This document shows, piece by piece, positions 29,303-36,603 of a DNA stretch of 64,000 bases. Position 1 is the first letter of the stretch, and each line of letters opens with the position of its first letter. Source of the DNA: Candidatus Latescibacterota bacterium (GTDB lineage: Bacteria > Latescibacterota > UBA2968 > UBA8231). The translations under genes and the position numbers were made by a program. Below the pieces are notes generated by a model. It searched no databases. It was not told the DNA's origin and saw only the letters and a program-made list of their open reading frames with translations. The stretch is from positions 512,001-576,000 of the forward strand of contig CBDFJF010000002.1 in assembly GCA_965248265.1 (NCBI GenBank). The letters are read 5' to 3'.

Positions 29303-30501
29303 TTGGATTGCTGTGACACCATGGTCGCCCTGGGCGACTGCAGCGCCAGTGGCAGCACCCTGCTCGCCAAGAACAGCGATAGACCCGTGCACGAGGCCCA
29401 GCCTCTGGAACAGCACGCGCGTGCCCATCACGGTCCGGGAGCTGACGCCGGATGCCAGTTTATCCGTGTCCCGCAGGCCGAGACAACCTGGCGCCACGTG
29501 GGTTCGCGGCCACACTGGTGCCGCGGCTATGAGCAGGGGTTCAACGAGCACCAGGTCGCCATCGGCAATGAGTACCTGCCGGCGGTTCTGGACACGTCAA
29601 CCGAACCGAAGCTCATCGGCCATGAGCTGGTGCGTCTCGGGCTGGAGCGTGGGGAGCGGATCCGCGCGAGGCCTTTGTGATTGAAACAGTCGGTCACGAC
29701 TGGGCGGTGAAGGAGGCATCGGAGACGACGTCGATCAGCAATATCGGCAGCATTCGCGACGACTGGACTTCGACTTCAAAAGCTGGCGACGGCGAAGTTT
29801 TCGATTGGGCTGCGGCGTTCACAGACGGGGCTCCGAACCCGAAGGCGGTTCGACGTCAGTGCCGGACGGACGCGTTGCTGCGGGCCCGCCGAGGCGACAT
29901 CGACGCACGAACGGCAATCTCCGTTCTGTCCGATCACTGGCAAGACGACGACGTCAACTCCGATTTCAATCCCTTTCCCGGTGAGCGCAGAAGCGTCTGC
30001 ATGCATCCAATCGACGACAATCTGCAGAGCACGACGGCGAGCCTGGTAGCCGATCTGTGTACCGACGGCTCGCGCTTGCCCGTCTATTGGTGCGGGCTCT
30101 ACTCACCCTGCATGGCGCTGCATTTCCCGGTGTTCCTCGAAGGAGAGCTGCCCGCGCAGCTGGCGATCGGCCGTGCGGAGCGTACCGATGACAGCCCGTG
30201 GTGGATGTTTCATGATTTGACGGCGTCCGGTCTCGCCGAGGGGCATGAGCGCGTGGCGCAGATCAGGGACGGATGGAGCCCATTGCAAGAAGAGCTCTTA
30301 GAAACGGCCTATGAGTTGGCACACGAGGGTGCGGAGCTCATTCGGCAGGGCAGGGACGATGAGGCGAACCACGTGCTGACTGAGTACATGGCGCGCGCGG
30401 TCGATCCCATGCTGATGCAAGCGGGCGAGTTGCTGACGGGCGGGTCGCTCGTCGCGCGATCGACAACGGATCCAACGCTTTGGGGGCAGGTGTCGAGTTG
30501 A
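29303..30501 (+). pseudogene. Peptidase C69/secernin-family Ntn hydrolase with internal deletion and frameshift near 29670
   Basis: CDTMVAL, AKNSDRP, G-EQGFNEHQVAIGNE, LVRLGLER in one frame; continues as IETVGHDW...ISN...VCMH...TTASLVA in another; the intervening conserved segment is missing. Confidence 0.75.
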
Positions 30502-30726
30502 ACTCGGGACTCTGTGAGAGCGAGGATGGGTGTTTCGTGGGCTCGGCACAGCCTGGGGAGAGTGAATCCGGTGTTTCAGCTGCGGGTAGGTCCTCTACTA
30601 CTGGCGGTTGCCGGGCCCTCGCCCAGCCATCCGAAGCCCGTAGCACCCGCCGGCCTCGTGCGTCCCGTTCAGTGTTTCCGGGCTGGAGTACCCTCCCAGT
30701 CTCTCGGAGCTGGCGATACCGGAGAG
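30499..30726 (+). ncRNA. Candidate structured RNA: ~173-nt rod-like hairpin plus downstream hairpins
   Basis: Nested complementary blocks from TGAAC/GTTCA to GGTAG/CTACT; wobble pairs work as G-U on the + strand only; identity unknown. Confidence 0.35.
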
Positions 30727-30791
30727 ATCAAAGAGCGGCGCTCGGCGACAGTCAACAGATAGAGCAACCAGAAACCGATTCTGAGGGGGTC

Positions 30792-30817
30792 GTCCTCAGG
30801 CGTCGCCAGGCTCAGTC
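30792..30817. repeat. 26-bp direct repeat, right copy, overlapping the stop codon of the PEP/pyruvate-binding gene
   Basis: Partner at 18311-18336. Confidence 0.6.
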
Positions 30818-31671
30818 AAGGTCGTGATCAGCCGACACTGCAACAGGTAGAGATCGTTGCCCTGGTAGGCGCTTTCCATGTCGACGGGCCACCCCATCTG
30901 TTCCTCCAGAACGATCGCCAGCCGTGCCATTTCAACGAGTTGCTCCTCCGACAATGTCGGCTGAGTGCGCATGAACCGGGGCACCGCTACCTCCGCGGTG
31001 CCATCGGGTGTCATCACTGTCATCCGGTCTTTCTCCGAGATGTTCGACTCGGTCACTGACAGGCCCTGCTTGTCGATGACGAAGGTGTCGGGACTGACGG
31101 TGCCTCCGACTATGCTCTCACCCAAGCCCCAGCTGGCGTTGACGACGACCTCGTCCCGGTTGTGGGTCACCGGGTTGGCGCTGAAAATGACCGCGGAAGA
31201 GTCGGCGCGTACCAGCTGCTGCACCAGGACGGCCATTTCGCATGGGACTTCATCCAGGCCATAGCGCTCCCGGTATTCGGCGACGCGCTCGGAGCGGGTG
31301 GATTGCCAGCAGCGCAGGATGGCGTCGGCCACGGCGGCGTCGCCGACCAGGTTGAGGAAGGTCTCATACTGGCCGGCGAAGGAGGCGAAGCGTCCGTCTT
31401 CGTCAATGGCCGAAGAGCGCACGGCGACACTGGGCTCGTCGACATCGGCGCGCCGGCCCATTTCACTATAGGCTTCCACGAGCTGGTTCCGCAGATCCGA
31501 CGGGAAGGCGTCATCATCGTCGCCATCTGACCATTGTTGGAAAGCCGCCGTGGTGAGGCAGAAGCCGGGCGGTACGCGATGCGCCCCGGCAAGCCGGCTG
31601 AGGTTAGCGACCTTGCCACCAACGGATGGGACGTCCTGACCTTCCGGTTCATCCAACCAGACGATGTTCAT
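30796..31671 (-). CDS. Stand-alone PEP/pyruvate-binding (ATP-grasp) domain of PEP synthase/pyruvate phosphate dikinase type
   Basis: VGGKVANL, VPPGF, VAVRSSA-DED, SFAGQYETFLN, WGLGESIVGG, LLQCR; no phosphohistidine domain; ATG overlaps the upstream TGA. Confidence 0.88.
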   Translation of the reverse strand: MNIVWLDEPEGQDVPSVGGKVANLSRLAGAHRVPPGFCLTTAAFQQWSDGDDDDAFPSDLRNQLVEAYSEMGRRADVDEPSVAVRSSAIDEDGRFASFAGQYETFLNLVGDAAVADAILRCWQSTRSERVAEYRERYGLDEVPCEMAVLVQQLVRADSSAVIFSANPVTHNRDEVVVNASWGLGESIVGGTVSPDTFVIDKQGLSVTESNISEKDRMTVMTPDGTAEVAVPRFMRTQPTLSEEQLVEMARLAIVLEEQMGWPVDMESAYQGNDLYLLQCRLITTLTEPGDA

Positions 31672-32648
31672 CGCATTACTATCGATCTTTTTTGTTCCAC
31701 GGACTTGTAGGCGGCCTCGGACACCCTGGCCACCTGGAAGGCGAATTCGGGTGGTTGGTAGCCCTTGCCATTGGTGCGAATCCATTTGAAGAAGGCGGCA
31801 TCGGGGGTGTTCTCCCGGATCCGCGCCGGAACCGCCATGGGCTCGTCATTGACGAGGGTTGATTTGAGCTGCCATTGATGCTGGTGGAAGACGATGCATC
31901 CTTTGGTGCCGTGGATGGCGACGCGCTCGTCGTGGCGGCTGGCATTGCCGAAGGTGTTGAGGGTGCCGGAGGCGCCGTCCTTGAAGCGGACGTTGATGAC
32001 GGCGTTGATGTCCACCTTCATGCCATCGTTGTCCATGAAGGCAGAAACCTCGGCCACCTCCAATCCAGTCATCCAGAGCGTTGATGCGACCAGGTGGCTG
32101 CCCGAGTCCATGAACATGCCACCGCCGGCCAGTTCGGGATCCAGCCGCCATCCACCGGTTTTGGTCCAGTTCTGGGTGATGTAGGAAACGACCCCGCGAA
32201 GCGGTCCGATGGCGCCTTTGCTGATCAGCTCGCGGGCGTACACATAGTGCGGATAGTAGTTGCGCTGATAGCTAACCTGCAGGAAGCGTTTCTGCTTGGC
32301 CGCGAGCTTGATCAGCGCCCGGGTGTGCCTGGAGGAAATCGTCAACGGCTTTTCTACGAGCGTATGCAGGCCTTGCCTCAACGCCCGGCCGGCCTGCTCG
32401 TAATGCTGGGAATGCGGTGTGCTGATGAAGACGGCATCCAGCTGCTCCTTGTCCAACATGTGCTTGTAGTCGACGTAGCAATTTACCTCCTGGCCATAGC
32501 GATCCATCAGGGCCTCGGATTGTGCCTCATCCGTATCTGTCACGCTGACCAGATTCACCCCATCGTCCTTCTGAATTCGCGGGACGTGAGCCCCTCGCAT
32601 GTTGCCACCGCATCCGATCAATCCCAAGCGGATTTTTTTCCTGGCCAT
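31668..32648 (-). CDS. Gfo/Idh/MocA family oxidoreductase
   Basis: GLIGCGG, STPHSQH, LVEKP, GGGMFMDSGSH. Confidence 0.92.
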   Translation of the reverse strand: MARKKIRLGLIGCGGNMRGAHVPRIQKDDGVNLVSVTDTDEAQSEALMDRYGQEVNCYVDYKHMLDKEQLDAVFISTPHSQHYEQAGRALRQGLHTLVEKPLTISSRHTRALIKLAAKQKRFLQVSYQRNYYPHYVYARELISKGAIGPLRGVVSYITQNWTKTGGWRLDPELAGGGMFMDSGSHLVASTLWMTGLEVAEVSAFMDNDGMKVDINAVINVRFKDGASGTLNTFGNASRHDERVAIHGTKGCIVFHQHQWQLKSTLVNDEPMAVPARIRENTPDAAFFKWIRTNGKGYQPPEFAFQVARVSEAAYKSVEQKRSIVMR

Positions 32649-32731
32649 TCTCTGTCTCCTTGTTTGGTCGGTGGGGGATAATACGAAAATGTGGCCGTAC
32701 TGCCTTGCCCAGATTGTGGCAATGAAATAAG

Positions 32732-32754
32732 TTAAAGTTGAAGTTAAACTTTAA
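32732..32754. promoter_or_regulatory. Probable autoregulatory operator of the TA operon (TTAAAGTT-N7-AACTTTAA)
   Basis: Perfect 8-bp inverted repeat 18 bp upstream of the antitoxin start. Confidence 0.6.
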
Positions 32755-32772
32755 GCTAATGGAAGGTGGGCT

Positions 32773-33006
32773 ATGAAGACGGTATCGATGCTGGAATTGC
32801 GAAAAAATGCCCAGGCGATCGTCGAGAGAGTCGAGCGTGGCCAGCCGTTCCTACTGACCTACCGCGGCCGGCCAGTGGCCCGGATTGAACCAGTGAAGAC
32901 TTCAGCACAAAAGGACGACCCGTTCTACTCCCTCGGTGAGCTGGCAGATCGCAAGGGCAAGAGCCTGACCAATCGCGAGATAGACGAGACTCTGTATGGC
33001 GGGTGA
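32773..33006 (+). CDS. vapB: Phd/YefM-family antitoxin
   Basis: MKTVSMLELRKN...LTYRGRPVARIEP; overlaps the PIN toxin gene. Confidence 0.88.
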   Translation: MKTVSMLELRKNAQAIVERVERGQPFLLTYRGRPVARIEPVKTSAQKDDPFYSLGELADRKGKSLTNREIDETLYGG

Positions 33007-33406
33007 GATATTCGTCGACACCAGTGGGTTTTACGCCTGTTTGGTACAGAAAGACAACCGCCACCGTAAGGCCGTCAACGTGCTGCGCTCGTCGAAGGGG
33101 CGAAGGCGGTTCGTAACCACGGACTACGTGCTCGACGAAACCATCACCCTGTTGAAAATGGGCGGGCTCGGTCATCTCATCGAAGAGTTTACCCGTATCG
33201 CCTTGAGATCCCAGGCCTGTCGTGTCGAGTGGATGGATCCGGAGCGGTTTAATGCCGTTCGTGGATATCTCGTCCAGCATCACGACCATAAGTATTCGTT
33301 CACGGACTGTTTCAGTTTTTACGTCATGAAGCAGGGCAATCTGCGTGATGCGCTCACCAAGGACGAACATTTCAAGGAAGCCGGGTACCAACCACTTTTG
33401 ATCTGA
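32996..33406 (+). CDS. vapC: PIN-domain ribonuclease toxin
   Basis: IFVDTS, VLDET, SFTDCFSF, LTKDEHF acidic PIN motif. Confidence 0.92.
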   Translation: MAGEIFVDTSGFYACLVQKDNRHRKAVNVLRSSKGRRRFVTTDYVLDETITLLKMGGLGHLIEEFTRIALRSQACRVEWMDPERFNAVRGYLVQHHDHKYSFTDCFSFYVMKQGNLRDALTKDEHFKEAGYQPLLI

Positions 33407-33438
33407 CACCAAGTCAAGCGAACCAGACAGCGAGAGCA

Positions 33439-34851
33439 ATGAGTGTGAGACCAGACCAACTTCCATGGAGCGAGATAGGGCTGCGTTGCGATCCGCGGGA
33501 CGTGGAGCCCCTGCTGGAAGCGGTCTCCGTCGACGAGGCGATTCAGCGGCTGAAACAATTCGCCGGGTGGGTGTCTGAAATGGGGACCGCACGCGGGGTT
33601 CACGTGGTGATGACCCCGGTGCTGGCACGCTTTCTTGGCCAGGCTGGCGAGAACCGGCTACAGCAACTGGACGGATTGATGGATCAAACCAGAAGCGGCC
33701 AGTTTGATCCGGACGACGCTGTCCAGCGGGATCTGGAGTACGGCCGTTTTCATATTGAGTACCGCCGGTACACAGCCAACCGCCCAGCCGACGAGAATCC
33801 CTACGAGTTGTTCACTGACCTTGACCGGTTTCCGCTCGGGGTGGAACGGGAGTGGGAACCGGATGATGATGATTTGCTGTCGGTACAGCGGGCTGCTCAC
33901 GAAGCGGTCGGTTTCGCTCGATTCTTGCGCGAGTTCAAGTCAGGCACATCCAGACCCGTCATCGTCATCGGCAATGACAAGGGGCAACTTCTCGGTGGTG
34001 GCTACGGCCGGCTGTGGGTGGTGGAGCCGCTGGAGGAGTACCTGGAGGGTGACGTTGAGATCCGCTACGATCGGGTTACCTCACACGGGACTATGAGACT
34101 CAACGTACCGTCCCCTTTTCCGAAGGACTTCATTAAACGGCTGTGCGAGGAGATGCCCCACCTCGTCATCGTCGATGGCGCCGGCCCTTCCAGGCTGGAA
34201 GGCGTTGTGAGGTTTTCCCGCGTGCCGAGGGGGTACGCCAACTGGTTCGCCGTATACAATGAAATACGAAGCGGCGATGACCCTGGTGCGGCCGACGACG
34301 AGCTGTTTCCCGCAGAACATCTGGCCGAGCTGCGAAAGTGGCATGAGTACAGTATCGTTCGCGACGAGATCTCCCGGTGGACGAGCCCCGGTCCAGGCTA
34401 TACATCGACTCTGTGGGCTCCCGAGCACGAGGACTCGGCGTTGATGGGGGAGGTCGTGGTGCCGTGGAGATCGCCGATGCCGGAGGGTGGACCGCAGATC
34501 GTCTACGCGAACCCGATCATCTACCGCAGCAATGTTGATTCGAGCGGAAGAGCGGTCAGGCCGGCCGGTGACGAGCTGCCCGAGTGCTTCGGGCGCACCA
34601 GTCCGTACTACCTGGACTCCGTTGACAAGCGGCTCAGGGTCCAGTCATTCGTCGACGGCAGCCCTCGTATGGCCACCTGGGGTGAGACCAATGACAATCC
34701 CGAAGGGCCGGCAGGCTGCCTCAATCCGGTGCACACGGTCTTCGGATTCGGACCACACGGTTTCGAGAGAAGGGCGGTGGGCCCGAGTCTGTCGCGGTGT
34801 GTAGACGTTCTTCAGGGACTCATCAAAGCTGAAATCGACCGCCTGATGTAG
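33439..34851 (+). CDS. Hypothetical protein (470 aa)
   Basis: Long ORF with natural composition; no family recognised. Confidence 0.7.
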   Translation: MSVRPDQLPWSEIGLRCDPRDVEPLLEAVSVDEAIQRLKQFAGWVSEMGTARGVHVVMTPVLARFLGQAGENRLQQLDGLMDQTRSGQFDPDDAVQRDLEYGRFHIEYRRYTANRPADENPYELFTDLDRFPLGVEREWEPDDDDLLSVQRAAHEAVGFARFLREFKSGTSRPVIVIGNDKGQLLGGGYGRLWVVEPLEEYLEGDVEIRYDRVTSHGTMRLNVPSPFPKDFIKRLCEEMPHLVIVDGAGPSRLEGVVRFSRVPRGYANWFAVYNEIRSGDDPGAADDELFPAEHLAELRKWHEYSIVRDEISRWTSPGPGYTSTLWAPEHEDSALMGEVVVPWRSPMPEGGPQIVYANPIIYRSNVDSSGRAVRPAGDELPECFGRTSPYYLDSVDKRLRVQSFVDGSPRMATWGETNDNPEGPAGCLNPVHTVFGFGPHGFERRAVGPSLSRCVDVLQGLIKAEIDRLM

Positions 34852-34852
34852 C

Positions 34853-34877
34853 GTGGCGCGCCATGCAGGCGTGCCAC
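34853..34877. terminator. Hairpin between convergent genes
   Basis: GTGGCGCGCC-ATGCA-GGCGTGCCAC; no U-tract. Confidence 0.4.
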
Positions 34878-36302
34878 TCACGACACTGGCGGCCGCTTGT
34901 CCGGCCATGGACGGACGCTCTCGAAGGCGGCAGAGGCCGCGAGCACGACCTCCTCTCCTCGTTTTCCTCCCACGATATGCAGGCCGATCGGCATGCCGCC
35001 ACTGGAAAACCCGGCGGGAATGGAGGCGGCCGCATGGCCGCTGATGTTGATCGGCATGGTGAAGGCGCCGTTCCAGTACTGCTCGGGGTAGGCGGATTTG
35101 CCCGACATGCGCTCACCCGGGAATTCGCCGTAGGGGAATGCCGGGAAGCAGGCGGTCGGGGACAAGAGCAGATCGAACTCCTCGAACAGATCGGCCATGC
35201 GGGCTTTCTGCAGTGCGACCTGGCCCAGCGCTTCGGCGTACTCCGCGGTTGTGCGCGGTCCGCGTTCCAGCATGAAGCGGGCGAAGCCGGTCAACTGATC
35301 CCCGTGGGTTTCCAAGTACATACCCAGACTGGCGTGACTGTCGGCATCCAGAATAGGCCCATAGGTGTCGTAGGGCGGGGCTATCTCCAGGTCCACCTCT
35401 GAGACATGACACGATAGTTCTTCGAATACCCGTGCCGCTTTCGAGGTCACATCCAGCACCTCAGCGTCCACCTCGGCGAAGCCGAAGTCCGGGCTCCAGG
35501 CGATGCGCAGGCCGGCGATGTCTGTGTTTGCGGCGGCGACGAAGTCGGGTGGCTGCTGGCGCAACGAGTTGACGTCTCTGCGGTCGAAGCCGGCCAGTGT
35601 TTGGAGCAAGAGGGCGGCGTCACCGACTGTGCGGGTCAGCGGGCCGTTCTGGCTGAACAGGTTCATTGACGGAGGGTCGTCCGCTCCGGTGTAGTGGGAC
35701 ACTCGTCCAAGCATCGGCTTGATGCCGTAAATGCCGCAGAAGTTGGAGGGTATGCGGATGGAGCCGCCGCCATCGCTGCCGGTGGCGGCCGAACACAATC
35801 CCGCCGCAACCGCGGCCGCCGCTCCACCTGATGAACCACCCGGAGTGCATTCGGTGTTGCGCCCCTTCTCGCCGACCGTGTTCTCGCAGGTGCCGACCAT
35901 GCCGAATTCGGAGAGGTTGGTCTTACCCAGGATGACGGCCCCGGCGCTTCGCAGCCGTTCGACCACGGCGGCATCCGCCATGGCGATGCGATCCTTGAAC
36001 ACGATTGATCCCGCGGTAGCGGCGACCCCATTCATCATCTGCGTCTCCTTGATGGAGACGGGCAGGCCATGAAGCGCGCCCAATGGTCCTCCACCCATCA
36101 CGGCGTCTTCTGCTGACCTGGCCATCTGCAGGGCTTCGTCACGGGTCACCCTCAGATAGGCGTGCAGCCGAGGGTTCAGCTCGTCGATGCGGTCCAGGTA
36201 GAGCTGGGTGAGTTCGACCGGGGAAATCTGTTTGTCTGCGATCAGTCTCAGGTGCTCCGCCGCCGGCGCAAAAGCCAGTTCCGCATCCATAGTCACACTC
36301 AT
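34878..36302 (-). CDS. Amidase signature family protein
   Basis: LHGLPVSIK, GKTN, TPGGSSGG, GSDGGGSIRIP, GIKP; start may be 36290. Confidence 0.92.
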   Translation of the reverse strand: MSVTMDAELAFAPAAEHLRLIADKQISPVELTQLYLDRIDELNPRLHAYLRVTRDEALQMARSAEDAVMGGGPLGALHGLPVSIKETQMMNGVAATAGSIVFKDRIAMADAAVVERLRSAGAVILGKTNLSEFGMVGTCENTVGEKGRNTECTPGGSSGGAAAAVAAGLCSAATGSDGGGSIRIPSNFCGIYGIKPMLGRVSHYTGADDPPSMNLFSQNGPLTRTVGDAALLLQTLAGFDRRDVNSLRQQPPDFVAAANTDIAGLRIAWSPDFGFAEVDAEVLDVTSKAARVFEELSCHVSEVDLEIAPPYDTYGPILDADSHASLGMYLETHGDQLTGFARFMLERGPRTTAEYAEALGQVALQKARMADLFEEFDLLLSPTACFPAFPYGEFPGERMSGKSAYPEQYWNGAFTMPINISGHAAASIPAGFSSGGMPIGLHIVGGKRGEEVVLAASAAFESVRPWPDKRPPVS

Positions 36303-36487
36303 TGTCTCCGCATTCTATCCATGGCTACTTCCGACCTCGCTCGGCCGCGTCACTCCACGTCAGTCAACTTCGCAGTCAATCCCGCGAATTCCATCAATGA
36401 TCAGCCATCCCGCAAGAAAAGTCCACCGAATCTAAAGCGCTGTTTGTAATTGATTTAAGATCCGTAATCCAAAAAATATTCCAACCA

Positions 36488-36528
36488 CGTGACCCGGGTC
36501 ACGACACTGTATAGTATTACATTATACA
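36488..36528. promoter_or_regulatory. CRP/FNR-like palindrome CGTGA-CCCGGG-TCACG plus adjacent TGTATA...TATACA inverted repeat
   Basis: Perfect 16-bp palindrome at 36488-36503, ~100 bp upstream of the CARDB gene, in an AT-rich region. Confidence 0.45.
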
Positions 36529-36603
36529 TTGAGACATCATATAGAAAGAGATGATATCTACGTCATCGCGGGTTCCACTCACAACACGCAGGAGGGTAGC
36601 ACC

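Noticed and set aside
30499-30726. Assignment of the fold-back to SRP RNA, RNase P RNA or SAM-I riboswitch
   Set aside because: The diagnostic conserved motifs are absent; kept only as an unassigned candidate
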